A stretch of DNA of 64,000 nucleotides from an uncultured Verrucomicrobiae bacterium (GCA_963812605.1 CAWEWF010000004.1:1-64000); one strand, 5' to 3'. Shown: positions 32,567 to 43,224, counted from the stretch's first letter. Numbers and translations are program-made. Notes: generated by a model from the letters alone, not told the origin.

Positions 32567-33592
32567 ATGGCAGCTAGAATCTATCACGACAAAGATGCGG
32601 ACCTGAAATATCTCAAGGGCAAGACCTGCGCCGTCATCGGTTACGGCTCGCAGGGCCACGCCCATGCGCTCAACCTCAAGGACAGCGGCGTGAAAGTCGT
32701 CGTGGGCCTCTACGAGGGCAGCAAATCCGCCGCCGTCGCCAAGAGCCAGGGTATCGAAGTTCTTTCCGTCGCCGACGCGGCAAAGGCGGCCGACGTGATC
32801 ATGATCACGATCCCCGACACGCGCCATGGCGAGACGTATCGCCGTGACATCGCGCCGCACCTGAAAAAAGGCAAGGCTCTCGGCGTTGCGCATGGGTTCT
32901 CGCTGCATTTCGGCCAGATCGTTCCGCCCGAGGACGTCGACGTATTTCTCGTCGCCCCGAAAGGGCCCGGCCACCTCGTTCGCCGCATGTACACCGAAGG
33001 CAAAGGTGTCCCCTCCCTGGTCGCGGTGCACCAGAATGCCACCGGCAAAGCCAAACAAATCGCGCTCGCGTGGGCCAAGGGCATCGGCGCGACCCGCGCC
33101 GCGGTGTTTGAGACGACGATTCGCGAAGAAACCGAAACGGATCTTTTCGGCGAGCAGGCCGTCCTTTGCGGCGGTTGCTCGGAATTGATCCTGGCGGGTT
33201 TCGAAACGCTCGTCGAGGCCGGTTACGCTCCTGAAATGGCCTATTTTGAATGTCTGCATGAAATGAAACTCATCGTCGATCTCATCTACGAAGCGGGCAT
33301 CAGCGGCATGCGGTTCTCGATCAGCGACACCGCGAAGTACGGCGACATCACGCGCGGCAAACGCATCATCACCGATAAAACCCGCGCCGAGATGAAGAAG
33401 ATTCTCGGCGAAATCCAAAGCGGCGTCTTTGCGAAGGAATGGATCACCGAAAACCAGGCGGGCCGTCCCGTGTACAACGCGCTCATGAAGCGCGGCGCCG
33501 AACATCCCATCGAGAAGCTCGGCGAGGAAATTCGCGCCAACTTCCCGTGGATGAAGAAACGCAAACTCGGCGGCGCGCAGGCCGCGTATTGA
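32567..33592 (+). CDS. ilvC: Ketol-acid reductoisomerase
   Basis: [34 protein letters not shown]. Confidence 0.97.
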   Translation: MAARIYHDKDADLKYLKGKTCAVIGYGSQGHAHALNLKDSGVKVVVGLYEGSKSAAVAKSQGIEVLSVADAAKAADVIMITIPDTRHGETYRRDIAPHLKKGKALGVAHGFSLHFGQIVPPEDVDVFLVAPKGPGHLVRRMYTEGKGVPSLVAVHQNATGKAKQIALAWAKGIGATRAAVFETTIREETETDLFGEQAVLCGGCSELILAGFETLVEAGYAPEMAYFECLHEMKLIVDLIYEAGISGMRFSISDTAKYGDITRGKRIITDKTRAEMKKILGEIQSGVFAKEWITENQAGRPVYNALMKRGAEHPIEKLGEEIRANFPWMKKRKLGGAQAAY

Positions 33593-33602
33593 GGAGGTTT
33601 CC

Positions 33603-33863
33603 ATGCGCAAGCGGATCAACATCATCGCGGTCGCCGTCGTGCTGGCGATTCTCAGCTTCGCCTACGCGCGCTACGACTATACCAACAATAACAGCACGAC
33701 CTTGACGAATCCCTTCGGCAACCACGAGAGCACCACCGTTGCCAATCCCTTTATGGACAAGTCGCTCTTTGGGGACTGGATGAAGAAGGAAGTGACTTTC
33801 TCGATGGTTGTACCCGCCGCGCTCATCGCCGTCGGGTTGGGGCTCGCCATCGGCAAGAAGTAG
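33603..33863 (+). CDS. Small membrane or secreted hypothetical protein
   Basis: GGAGG RBS, signal peptide, C-terminal TM. Confidence 0.6.
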   Translation: MRKRINIIAVAVVLAILSFAYARYDYTNNNSTTLTNPFGNHESTTVANPFMDKSLFGDWMKKEVTFSMVVPAALIAVGLGLAIGKK

Positions 33864-33900
33864 GCTCTTGCGGGTCAGGTCGTGGATCGGACGGGAGCGC

Positions 33901-34380
33901 ATGCGCAAAATTAACACGAAGGACATCGCTGAGGTGTCCTGGTCGTCGCCCAAGGGAAAGTTCGTCGGCGCTGGCAAGGAGGTCTCGGAGGAATTGGGCC
34001 GCAAACCGCAATCGACCGACCTCAAGGAGCGGCACCCTTTCGATGTCGAAATCTGCCGCATCCCGCCGGGCAAGACCCCCTACCCCTATCACTCCCACAG
34101 CGCGCAATGGGAGTTTTACCACGTGATCTCCGGCAAAGGCATCGTCCGCCACAAGGACGGAACGACCGCCATTGAAACCGGCGACGCTTTCCTCTTCCAC
34201 CCCGGCGAACCCCATCAGATTACCAATGACGGCTCCGAAGATCTCATCCTCTACGTCGTCGCGGACAATCCGATTGGCGAATCCTATTACTACCCCGACA
34301 GCAGGAAATGGAGCGTCGCTTCACCCGAGCGCCGAATCATCCGCTCCGATGCCCTCGACTACTACGACGGCGAGGAGTGA
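33901..34380 (+). CDS. Cupin-domain protein
   Basis: PYHSHSAQWEFYHVISG, PGEPHQ, YYPDS..DYYDGEE. Confidence 0.88.
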   Translation: MRKINTKDIAEVSWSSPKGKFVGAGKEVSEELGRKPQSTDLKERHPFDVEICRIPPGKTPYPYHSHSAQWEFYHVISGKGIVRHKDGTTAIETGDAFLFHPGEPHQITNDGSEDLILYVVADNPIGESYYYPDSRKWSVASPERRIIRSDALDYYDGEE

Positions 34381-34396
34381 GCCCGTCCCAACTTCT

Positions 34397-35707
34397 TCAG
34401 CGATACGCGATCGCAGCTTCCAGCGCCGGGTCGCGTCCCGCAAGCACGTTCTGCCACGAAGTCGGCGTCGCAATATCCGGCAGACGTGAAGGAGGGTCAT
34501 CCCCGGTGGTAATCTTGAAGTGTTTGGTGGAATAACGCACCTGCAACTTGGAATTCGGCAGTTCCAATACGCGAACGTCACCATAACCGTTGGGTTTGCC
34601 CCCGGTGGGTTCGCCAATCAGGATGGCCTGGAAATGGAACCGCTTCGCATCGTCGGCAAAACTGTTATGAAATTGCTCCGCCACCCATTCCCCGGAGGAA
34701 AAGGTCGACGGTCCAATCAGCACAAAGAGATGGCCGGTCGCATTAATGGCGGGATTGGATGAGACGGCTTCCAGCAACGGCCGCACAACGTCAGAGTTCC
34801 CTCCTCCGTTATAACGGACATCGATCACCAAACGGCCCACCGAGTGAGCGCCAATAAATGCAAACGTCTCTTTTACGAATTCCTGGAAAGACTGTTTCGG
34901 ATCGTCTTCGCACACGTTGTATTGAAGGAACAATGTCTGCGAATCCGGCAAATACTCGCGCCAGTAAAACGCTGTTGGATTACGGCGACTGAGCCGCGTC
35001 GGCAGCTCCAGGGCCTCTGTGACCGTGACTCGTCCGTTTGCGTTTGTGCTCGCGCTCCAGTCCGATGGCGAGACAGAAAGAGACCAGACATTGGTTCCCG
35101 CATCCGCAAAGGCAAGTTCGAGAGATCCATTCGACGCGGCCTGCAGGTGCTGCAATAATTCAGCCGACATCATGTACTCGGGACTTTGTTCCCGCAGCCA
35201 GGTTTCATTTTCATGTGCAATGTAGGGGGCAAGATTTGTCAGCAGTTGCTCCGGCGTCATTTTACCGATTCGAACCACGCGCTTCCCCAACGCCCGCCGA
35301 TACTCGGGCGCAGCAGCAATCACATAGCATCCGTCGGAATACCAGCGCAGCCACAATGGATACCGCTGAAAGGCGAGCGCGCCGGAGGTCGGCAGCGCGA
35401 GTCGCGTGTGCGAAACTCCGGCGGCCGCAACCAACCGTAGCAGGCGAATCACGATCTCCGTGTCGGAAAGTTGTGCGACAGAGTTTTTGATCTGCGCGAT
35501 CTCGCTCTGGAACGTTTCCTTCGGAACAAGCTTGTAAAAGTCCTTGTGCTTCTCCGGCAGGTTCGTCCCCAGGAAATCGAGGTCCTGACGCCAGTGCTCT
35601 TCGCGAACAGCGTTGTTCGTGTACGTTTGCGCTTGAATCAGTGGTCCCGAAACGCCAACGGCCGCAGAGACAACCAGAGGAATTAACTTTATGAATCTGG
35701 TTTGCAT
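34397..35707 (-). CDS. Secreted S41-family peptidase-like protein
   Basis: Signal peptide, IDVRYNGGG, TFSSG, GEPTGG, DPALE. Confidence 0.8.
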   Translation of the reverse strand: MQTRFIKLIPLVVSAAVGVSGPLIQAQTYTNNAVREEHWRQDLDFLGTNLPEKHKDFYKLVPKETFQSEIAQIKNSVAQLSDTEIVIRLLRLVAAAGVSHTRLALPTSGALAFQRYPLWLRWYSDGCYVIAAAPEYRRALGKRVVRIGKMTPEQLLTNLAPYIAHENETWLREQSPEYMMSAELLQHLQAASNGSLELAFADAGTNVWSLSVSPSDWSASTNANGRVTVTEALELPTRLSRRNPTAFYWREYLPDSQTLFLQYNVCEDDPKQSFQEFVKETFAFIGAHSVGRLVIDVRYNGGGNSDVVRPLLEAVSSNPAINATGHLFVLIGPSTFSSGEWVAEQFHNSFADDAKRFHFQAILIGEPTGGKPNGYGDVRVLELPNSKLQVRYSTKHFKITTGDDPPSRLPDIATPTSWQNVLAGRDPALEAAIAYR

Positions 35708-35802
35708 AAGCCAAGTGCCTCCGAATTAGCCGGGCGAGTGCGGCGATTCAAGACTAATCTGGGAAACGGCTTGCACTTCCTTTGCTCTGCTGACAGCAAC
35801 AA

Positions 35803-35844
35803 ATCCGCTCCAACGCCCTCGACTATTACGACGGCGAAGAGTGA
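35803..35844 (+). repeat. Dead copy of the cupin gene 3' end
   Basis: 38/42 nt identical to 34339-34380; RSNALDYYDGEE* versus RSDALDYYDGEE*. Confidence 0.92.
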
Positions 35845-36048
35845 ACAGGCTCCGTAGTTTATCACTAATTGGAGGGCGAGCCTCTCGGCAAGCCGCACCT
35901 CTCGATAATTTCCTCTCCCCATTTCCAAGCCGATTGTAGGGCGAGCGCGTCGCTTGCCGTCATTCGCGTCGCTCTTTTATGCTTTCCTCGCGGTTCCGTC
36001 AGGGGTTTAATTACAAGGAGGTATTTGGATCACCATCCAGTGATATTT

Positions 36049-36579
36049 ATGAAAGCTCCCAAGCCAGAGAAACCAAATGGTGCACCCGAAGGCACAATCT
36101 GGTTTGGTGGCCCCATCGCATGGTTTAGCATCGACTTGAGGATCTTCGGTGAACATCTGAATCCCGAGGAGGTCAGCGCCATTTTGGGATGCCAGCCGAC
36201 CAGTTTCGAGCGTAAGGGACAGCCTGTTTTGCGACCCGATGGAACTGTCGCTCGCATTGGAAGGACCGGTGCGTGGCGCCTGCAATTAAGTCCAGCCGAC
36301 ACTGACGAATGGGACTGCGGCGAGGCCATGATGGTGTTGATGTCGCGTTTGCCGGCGAAGGTAGAGATATGGAAGAGCCTGACCAAGCGGTTCAGGGTCG
36401 ATTTCTCCGTCGCGTTATCGATGGAGTCGCGGAATAAGGGCTTCTGCTTGTCCCCAGAGATCATGAGCTATCTTGGCGAGCGAGGTATTAACGTGGGGTT
36501 TGACGTTTATTACGAAGACGAAGCTAAGGCCGAACCATCCGCTGGAGGAAACACTACTCTTCCCCCTTCCTCAGCATGA
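36049..36579 (+). CDS. DUF4279-like protein
   Basis: LRIFGEHLNPEEVSAILGCQPT..G.W.L pattern. Confidence 0.7.
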   Translation: MKAPKPEKPNGAPEGTIWFGGPIAWFSIDLRIFGEHLNPEEVSAILGCQPTSFERKGQPVLRPDGTVARIGRTGAWRLQLSPADTDEWDCGEAMMVLMSRLPAKVEIWKSLTKRFRVDFSVALSMESRNKGFCLSPEIMSYLGERGINVGFDVYYEDEAKAEPSAGGNTTLPPSSA

Positions 36580-36623
36580 TCGCCGTGGTCAGATCCAGAC
36601 GCTACCCCATTTACGATCTCAGC

Positions 36624-37100
36624 ATGAGCGGGCTCATCATTCCGGAATTCGGGCGGGGATATTGGCAGCGTTTCCCAGCGGCGGCACTGCTGGTTACGGG
36701 CGTCGGCCTGCTGGTCTGGGTGCACTGCCACGCCGCCCATGTCTCCGCTTGGGTCGTCGTCCTGGACATCTTCGTTCCCTTTCTGTCGATAATCGCAGGA
36801 CTGCTGATGGCCCGCCAAGGGGTCGGTCTCTTGGATTTCAGTTGCGCCATTGCGGTCGGTGGATTGGGCATCTTCGGGATGGGCCTGCAGGGATTGCGGC
36901 GGGGCTATATCGCGCCTTCACGAGGACCCTATGGTTCTGGCCGATATTACAGTTTGTATCCGCCGGAGTTTTGGGAAACCGCGAAGCACTACATTTCGAA
37001 ACCAGAAGCCTGGGATTTAATCCTCTACGGCTGCGCGATCTTCGCTCTCGGGCTGTCGCTCGCTCTTATAGCTTGGATTCGACAGAGGGAAGCCATCTAA
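36624..37100 (+). CDS. Hypothetical membrane protein
   Basis: Several hydrophobic segments. Confidence 0.55.
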   Translation: MSGLIIPEFGRGYWQRFPAAALLVTGVGLLVWVHCHAAHVSAWVVVLDIFVPFLSIIAGLLMARQGVGLLDFSCAIAVGGLGIFGMGLQGLRRGYIAPSRGPYGSGRYYSLYPPEFWETAKHYISKPEAWDLILYGCAIFALGLSLALIAWIRQREAI

Positions 37101-37202
37101 TAAGCCATCCCCCACATCCGGCCAAGCCTGCGGTTCTTCTTCTACAGGCTTGCTTTTTACTGCCTCGCAGGGTAGTCTCAGCACCCTAGGCGCATCCGTA
37201 CC

Positions 37203-37496
37203 ATGAACACGTTCGCTCTCTACGCAACCCTCAGCCCATTGGTCTGCGCTTTTGTTGGCGCCGGCGTGGCCCATAGCCAAAGCGCCGGGCCCTGGACAGT
37301 CATCCTGTTTGCGATCATCGGCTTGGTCTTCGGTGGGATTGCGGGCGCTTATTCGCTGGGAATTGAGAAGTGGCTCATCAAATCGAAGCGGGTGACTTCA
37401 TCGAAATGGGCCCTGACTTATCCGGTATTCTCATTCTTGGGGGTAACGTTGCTGACCGGTTTGCTGACGTTTTGGCTCGTCGGGCTCACGCTCTGA
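37203..37496 (+). CDS. Hypothetical membrane protein
   Basis: 97 aa with three hydrophobic segments. Confidence 0.55.
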   Translation: MNTFALYATLSPLVCAFVGAGVAHSQSAGPWTVILFAIIGLVFGGIAGAYSLGIEKWLIKSKRVTSSKWALTYPVFSFLGVTLLTGLLTFWLVGLTL

Positions 37497-37568
37497 GTGA
37501 CGGGTCGATTACCGGAAGTCATCGACATCCAAGCCGCTACACGATCGCGTACCGCGCCGTAAGCCGCG

Positions 37569-38270
37569 TCAGTGTGCTGGCAGTGGCACGACCGATTTGT
37601 TGGTGGTTGTTTGCTCATTCCCCGGTTCGATGGCTTTCAGGGTCGCGCCCACGAACGGAGCAATTGCTTCCGCCGTCTTCTTAAACTGAAGAAACTCTCT
37701 TGCGGATACCGGCTGCAACAAACCGTCAGCATCTCTTTGAAAACACTCCACAAATTCCCCGTCATCTTTCATCAATAAAAGCTCGTCAAACTTGCCGTCT
37801 GCATTTTTGCTGATAAATGTGACAGAGATATTCGGCACACCAGGTGTAAATACCGAGCTTTTAGGTTCCTTGCCAGTTTTGGCACTGCTCCTCGTTAAAG
37901 CCGCACAAACCTTTTTGTCCGCACGAAACATTTCCATGTACAGATCAATCTGGCCGTCATTGTCAGTGTCTCGTTCGATATACTCTTTGATCTCCCGATC
38001 TCCGCGAAATGTTCTGTAGGAAATCATTTTGATCTTACCGGTCTTCTCCGACATGGTTACGTGTTTCTCGACACGAATCACATTTCCAGTAAGCTCCGCC
38101 GGAGTCGGCTCATAATTCTGCAAATCCTCGATTTGCCCCATCGTTTGGGTGTGAGCTTTCACGATTTCCTTGAGTCGGTCATCTGTTTTGGGGTTGTCCG
38201 CAGCCGCACAAATGCTCGTAACCATGCTGAGAATGATCAGGCCCGCGAAACGGGAACGGGTATTGCGCAT
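37569..38270 (-). CDS. Secreted hypothetical protein, lower GC
   Basis: AGGAG RBS, signal peptide, DTDNDGQID motif. Confidence 0.65.
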   Translation of the reverse strand: MRNTRSRFAGLIILSMVTSICAAADNPKTDDRLKEIVKAHTQTMGQIEDLQNYEPTPAELTGNVIRVEKHVTMSEKTGKIKMISYRTFRGDREIKEYIERDTDNDGQIDLYMEMFRADKKVCAALTRSSAKTGKEPKSSVFTPGVPNISVTFISKNADGKFDELLLMKDDGEFVECFQRDADGLLQPVSAREFLQFKKTAEAIAPFVGATLKAIEPGNEQTTTNKSVVPLPAH

Positions 38271-38374
38271 ATTTCTCCTAATACCGAGAACTCAGCCACG
38301 GTGGAGTTGTGATGTCAATCGCCGAATAGCTCCCCCTTGACTTCCGGCCCGGCCCCTGCTACAGATACCCCGTA

Positions 38375-38443
38375 ATGAATTGCAACCTCGGTCTATCACT
38401 GGCTCTGCTGGCTCTCCGATTCGCGTCGGAGACGGTGGGCTGA
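38375..38443 (+). CDS. leu operon leader peptide
   Basis: MNCNLGLSLALLALRFASETVG*, 6 of 22 residues Leu, directly upstream of a terminator and leuA. Confidence 0.75.
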   Translation: MNCNLGLSLALLALRFASETVG

Positions 38444-38463
38444 GGTCTAGACACAGAACTTCG

Positions 38464-38499
38464 AACCCATCCCGGCGCGAGCGTCGGGGTGGGTTTTTT
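38464..38499 (+). terminator. Attenuator terminator of leuA
   Basis: AACCCATCCCGGCGC-GA-GCGTCGGGGTGGGTT followed by a T-run. Confidence 0.8.
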
Positions 38500-38538
38500 A
38501 TTTTCCCGCCGCCCCGTTTGCGTTAGAAATGTACAGTC

Positions 38539-40116
38539 ATGAGTGAGCACATATTGATATTCGACACGACGTTGCGCGACGGCGAGCAATGCCCCGGCGC
38601 GTCGATGAACATCCGCGAGAAACTCGAGGTCGCGCGGCAGTTGGCGCGCTTGCGCGTGGACATCATCGAAGCGGGCTTTCCCATTGCCAGCGATGGCGAT
38701 TTCGAGGCCGTCAAGGCTATTGCCGCCGAGGTGCAAGGCCCGCGTATTGCCGGCTTGGCCCGTTGTGTCGACAAGGACATCGACCGCGCCGCGGAAGCCG
38801 TGAAGCCGGCGGGCGACCGCGCCCGCATTCACGTTTTTCTCGCCACCAGCGCCATCCATCGCGAGCACAAGCTCAAGATGGCCCAGAGCGAGATCCTCAA
38901 GCGCAGCGTGGAAGGCGTGAAACGCGCGCTCGGCCACTGCCCGGACGTGGAGTTTTCGCCCGAAGACGCCTCGCGCACGGAACCCGAGTTTTTGGCCGAG
39001 GTGACGCACGCGGTCATCGAGGCGGGCGCGCGGACGGTCAATATCCCAGACACGGTCGGCTATGCCGCGCCACACCAGTTCGGCGCGCTCATCAACCACC
39101 TCTTCAACCACGTGCCCAACATTCACGACGCCGTTATCAGCGTGCATTGCCACAACGACCTCGGCCTCGCGGTCGCCAACTCCCTCGCCGCGATCCAGAA
39201 TGGCGCCCGGCAGATCGAGTGCACCATCAATGGCATCGGCGAACGCGCGGGCAATGCGTCGCTTGAAGAAATCGTCATGGCACTCAAGGTGCGCCAAGAT
39301 GCGTACAGTGGTTATCAGACGAACATCGACAGCGCGCAGATCTACCGCAGCAGCCGTCTCGTTTCGCACATGACCGGCATGATCGTCCAGCGCAACAAGG
39401 CCATCGTCGGGGACAACGCCTTCGCCCACGAAGCCGGCATCCACCAGCACGGCATGATGGCCAACCGCGAAACCTACGAGATCATGCGTGCCGAGGACGT
39501 GGGCCGCTCCAGCGAACTCACCTGGGGCAAACACATGGGCCACCATGCCGTTGGCAAAAAGCTCGAGGAGATGGGCTATAAACTCAGCGAAGAGGAAGTC
39601 CGCCGCGTCACCGACCAGATCAAGACGCTCGCCGACAAAAAGAAGCAGGTGTACGATGAGGACGTGACCGCCATCGTCGAAGGCCAGTTCAGCGAAGTGC
39701 CGCAGGTCTGGAAGCTCGGTTACCTCAGCGTCATGACCGGCGAAATCCCGACTGCCTCGGTGCGTCTCATCAACGCCGACAAGAAGGAGCCCATTGCCGA
39801 CGCCGGTACCGGCGATGGCCCGATTGACGCGATGCTCAAGACCATCGACCGCATCACCGGCCTCCGCGGCAGTCTCGTCGATTACAGCGTCAACAGCGTC
39901 ACGCGCGGCAAGGACGCCATCGGCGAGGTTACCGTCCGCGTCACGTTCAATAGCCGGGCGGGCGTCTCTCCCGCCGAGGGCGAAAGCAAGATCGTCACCG
40001 GCAAAGGCGCCTCGACCGACATCATCGAAGCCAGCGCCCTCGCCTACCTGAATGCGCTCAACCGGAATCTCTACGAACACCGCCGCATCATCGAGGCCGA
40101 AAGCCCGACGTTGTGA
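38539..40116 (+). CDS. leuA: 2-isopropylmalate synthase
   Basis: [31 protein letters not shown]-terminal regulatory domain. Confidence 0.97.
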   Translation: MSEHILIFDTTLRDGEQCPGASMNIREKLEVARQLARLRVDIIEAGFPIASDGDFEAVKAIAAEVQGPRIAGLARCVDKDIDRAAEAVKPAGDRARIHVFLATSAIHREHKLKMAQSEILKRSVEGVKRALGHCPDVEFSPEDASRTEPEFLAEVTHAVIEAGARTVNIPDTVGYAAPHQFGALINHLFNHVPNIHDAVISVHCHNDLGLAVANSLAAIQNGARQIECTINGIGERAGNASLEEIVMALKVRQDAYSGYQTNIDSAQIYRSSRLVSHMTGMIVQRNKAIVGDNAFAHEAGIHQHGMMANRETYEIMRAEDVGRSSELTWGKHMGHHAVGKKLEEMGYKLSEEEVRRVTDQIKTLADKKKQVYDEDVTAIVEGQFSEVPQVWKLGYLSVMTGEIPTASVRLINADKKEPIADAGTGDGPIDAMLKTIDRITGLRGSLVDYSVNSVTRGKDAIGEVTVRVTFNSRAGVSPAEGESKIVTGKGASTDIIEASALAYLNALNRNLYEHRRIIEAESPTL

Positions 40117-40325
40117 AAAGGTCGCGCGCCAATGATCGTCCGCAGGCCGCCTTTGCAGCGAAGGATGACGCGTGGGCTGCTGCCGCCGCCTACGGCTGCG
40201 ACACGAGCCTGCTGGAAGCCAGCCTGCGCCGAACACCTGCGGAACGGGTCCGTGTTCATCGCAGTGCGCTCGCGCTCTTCGAGGCCCTGCAAGGGGCCGG
40301 CAAGCGGCTCTATGGCAAACCTTGA
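40113..40325 (+). CDS. Small protein, putative partner of the nucleotidyltransferase
   Basis: GCDTSLLEASLRRTPAER motif; overlaps the next gene. Confidence 0.6.
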   Translation: MKRSRANDRPQAAFAAKDDAWAAAAAYGCDTSLLEASLRRTPAERVRVHRSALALFEALQGAGKRLYGKP

Positions 40326-40818
40326 AGCGTTGCTCGGGCGATTAGTGAAGCATGACGTCGACTTCGTCATTATCGGCGCCTATGCCTCGGTGGTGCACGG
40401 CGCGACTTTGGTTACGCATGACGTGGACATTTGTTGCTCGTTCACTTCTCGAAATCTCCTGAAGTTGCAAAACGCGATGGCCGGCTTGCATCCGGTTCAC
40501 CGGCTCACGCCGAAACGTCTGCCGTTGCAACTTACGCCCGCGCACTGTCGCGGCTTAAAGAACCTTTACTTGGAAACCGACCTGGGAGTCATTGATTGTC
40601 TCGGTGAAGTGCTCGGCTTGGGGGGTTTTCCAGTCGTGAAAAGACAGAGCGTAATCATCAATCTGGACTTCGGCAAATGTCGCGTCTTGGGACTCGAAGC
40701 GCTCATCAAGGCAAAACGGGCCATGAACCGTCCACGAGATCGCGAAGCGATCGTTCAACTGGAAGCTTTGCGCGTTCGCCAGCGCCGCAACGCCCAAAAA
40801 AAGAAACCAATGGTGTAG
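40312..40818 (+). CDS. Nucleotidyltransferase-family protein (TA-like)
   Basis: FVIIGAYASVVHG..THDVD, LIKAKRAMNRPRD. Confidence 0.75.
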   Translation: MANLEALLGRLVKHDVDFVIIGAYASVVHGATLVTHDVDICCSFTSRNLLKLQNAMAGLHPVHRLTPKRLPLQLTPAHCRGLKNLYLETDLGVIDCLGEVLGLGGFPVVKRQSVIINLDFGKCRVLGLEALIKAKRAMNRPRDREAIVQLEALRVRQRRNAQKKKPMV

Positions 40819-40833
40819 AAAGTCGGCAAATCC

Positions 40834-42390
40834 ATGAAGCGGTTCGGAATAGCTTTGCTGATTCTGCTTGCCTTGGGCTCGCTGCCAAACGGCCAGGCGC
40901 AAGTCAGCGTGCTGACGTATCACAATGACAATTTCCGCACGGGCGCGAATACCAACGAAACGATTCTCACGCCGGCCAACGTCAGCTCGAATATCTTCGG
41001 GCGGCTGTTCACACGCAGTGTGGATGGGTATGTGTATGCGCAGCCGCTTGTGGCTGCGGGCGTCAATGTCCCGCGCTTCGGCCCGCGCAACGTCGTCTAT
41101 GTCGCCACCGAGCACGATAGCGTGTACGCGTTCGACGCGGACACCGGCCACAGTTACTGGCACGCCAAACTGCTCCCCAAGCACGGCAAACCTGTGTCGT
41201 CAGTCAAGGACGCAAATTGCACCGACCTTATCCCCGAGATCGGCGTCACCAGCACGCCGGTGATCGATCCATCCACGAGCACGATTTACGTCGTGGAGAA
41301 GGGCAAGACCAATACGGTCTTCTTCCAGCGCCTCCACGCGCTCGACCTCGCTACCGGAGCGGAAAAATTCGGCGGCCCGGTCAACGTGACGGCCAGCGTG
41401 CCGGGCAGCGGTGGGGACAACGTCAACGGCACCATTACTTACAATGCGCTCAGCCAGAACCAACGCCCCGCTCTCCTGCTGCTCAATGGCGTGGTTTACA
41501 TCGCCTCGGCCTCGCATTGCGACAACGACCCCTACCACGGCTGGCTCCTGGGCTACAGCGCCTCCGATCTCGCGCAGGTCGCCGTCTTCAATGCCACGCC
41601 CAACGGCGCGCGCGGCGGCTTCTGGATGTCCGGGTGCGGAGCGGCCGCGGACGCGAGTAACAACATTTACATCAGCACCGGCAATGGCGATTTCGATGCC
41701 GATACGGGCGGCAGCGACTACGGCGACACCACCCTTAAACTCAGCACCAGCAGCGGCCTCGTTGTGACCGATTATTTCACGCCGTTTGACCAGGCCACTC
41801 TTGACGTCAACGACAACGACCACGGCGCCGGCGGAGTTCTCTTGTTGCCCGACCAGCCCGGAGCGCACACGCACCTCGCGATTCAGGGCAGCAAGGAAGG
41901 GAGCCTCTACGTCATGGATCGCGACAATCTGGGGCACTTCCAAAGCGGCAGCGACACCCAGATCGTTCAATCGTTGCCCACCATCATCACCTCCATCTTT
42001 TGCACGCCCGCGTATTTCAACGGGAATATTTACCTCAACGGGATCAATGACGCGCTCAAGGAGTTTGCCCTCACCAATGGCCTGCTTTCCAGCAGCCCCG
42101 TCTCGCAGTCCACCAACAGCATTGGCTTCCCCGGCGCCACGCCCAGCGTCTCCGCCAACGGCATCAGTAATGCCATTGTGTGGACGTTGGACACGCGCGC
42201 TTCCAAGGTGGTGAATGGCCAGGCGGTTCTCTATGCCTACGACGCCACGGACCTGACGCATCAACTCTACAGCAGCGCCGTCAGCCGCCAACCGCCGGGG
42301 CCCGCCGTAAAATTCGCCGTGCCCACGATCGTCAACGGCAAGGTTTATGTGGGCGCCGTCCGCCGCCTGGCCGTGTATGGGCTGCGCTAG
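40834..42390 (+). CDS. Secreted PQQ-like beta-propeller protein
   Basis: VLTYHNDNFRTG..ETILTP, YAQPL, KFAVPTIVNGKVYVG. Confidence 0.8.
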   Translation: MKRFGIALLILLALGSLPNGQAQVSVLTYHNDNFRTGANTNETILTPANVSSNIFGRLFTRSVDGYVYAQPLVAAGVNVPRFGPRNVVYVATEHDSVYAFDADTGHSYWHAKLLPKHGKPVSSVKDANCTDLIPEIGVTSTPVIDPSTSTIYVVEKGKTNTVFFQRLHALDLATGAEKFGGPVNVTASVPGSGGDNVNGTITYNALSQNQRPALLLLNGVVYIASASHCDNDPYHGWLLGYSASDLAQVAVFNATPNGARGGFWMSGCGAAADASNNIYISTGNGDFDADTGGSDYGDTTLKLSTSSGLVVTDYFTPFDQATLDVNDNDHGAGGVLLLPDQPGAHTHLAIQGSKEGSLYVMDRDNLGHFQSGSDTQIVQSLPTIITSIFCTPAYFNGNIYLNGINDALKEFALTNGLLSSSPVSQSTNSIGFPGATPSVSANGISNAIVWTLDTRASKVVNGQAVLYAYDATDLTHQLYSSAVSRQPPGPAVKFAVPTIVNGKVYVGAVRRLAVYGLR

Positions 42391-42432
42391 CATCACGTAG
42401 AACGGGCGAGACGCCCATTCTACTTTCCGGCG

Positions 42433-43224
42433 CTATCCGCGAGCCGCTTTAACAAGCGCGGCCACCCGCCGCGGATCCACCGGGTGAAAGAGTCTGCCGC
42501 CCTTTTTCAATGATGTCCCGACGATCACCCCATCGGCGTGGCGGAGAAACTCGCGGACGTTGCCAAGGGTAATGCCGCTGCCCAGGAGAATCTTCGCATT
42601 CGGACAAGCGCGCCGCACCCGCTGCACGTCGCTAATGTTCGCCGCGACGCCGGTGCCGGTTCCCGAAATAATGAGTGCGTCAGCCAAGCCCCGTTCCAGC
42701 GTGTCGTGGGCCGAGTCTTCGATCTCGAAATTCCCCAGCGGCACCGCGTGCTTCACGTGCACATCGGCAAAAATGGACACGGCGGGGCAAATCCGTTCAC
42801 GATAGCGGACTGTTTCGTACGCGTTGCCCTCGATGATGCCCTGGTCGGTGAGCATTGCGCCGGTGTGGACGTTGACGCGGATAAAGCTGCCGCCACACGC
42901 CGCGCAAAGCGCCAGCGCGGCCCGGGCATCGTTGCGGAGAACATTGAAGCCCAAGGGCAGATCGATGGCGGCGCGCACGGAGGAACCCGCCGCCGACATC
43001 GTGGCGATCGTCTCGGGGTCGACACCGGCCTTGGTGAAAGGCGCATCGCCGAAATTCTCCACGATGACCGCATCCACCCCGCCGCGTTCATAGGCCCTAG
43101 CGTCGATAAGAGCGTGGTCGATGACCGACTTGAGGTTGCCGCCCCATCGGGGCGAGCCGGGGAGGGGCTGAAGATGGATGACACCGATGACCAGCTTGTG
43201 TTTGGGACGAAAAGGCGCGCTCAT
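42433..43224 (-). CDS. BtpA/SgcQ-family protein
   Basis: IGVIHLQPLPGSP, VENFGDAPF, GFNVLRND, DVHVKH. Confidence 0.9.
   Translation of the reverse strand: MSAPFRPKHKLVIGVIHLQPLPGSPRWGGNLKSVIDHALIDARAYERGGVDAVIVENFGDAPFTKAGVDPETIATMSAAGSSVRAAIDLPLGFNVLRNDARAALALCAACGGSFIRVNVHTGAMLTDQGIIEGNAYETVRYRERICPAVSIFADVHVKHAVPLGNFEIEDSAHDTLERGLADALIISGTGTGVAANISDVQRVRRACPNAKILLGSGITLGNVREFLRHADGVIVGTSLKKGGRLFHPVDPRRVAALVKAARG

Noticed and set aside
36580-36620. Third cupin-tail copy (VVRS..YD-like)
   Set aside because: Similarity is too weak and needs several indels.
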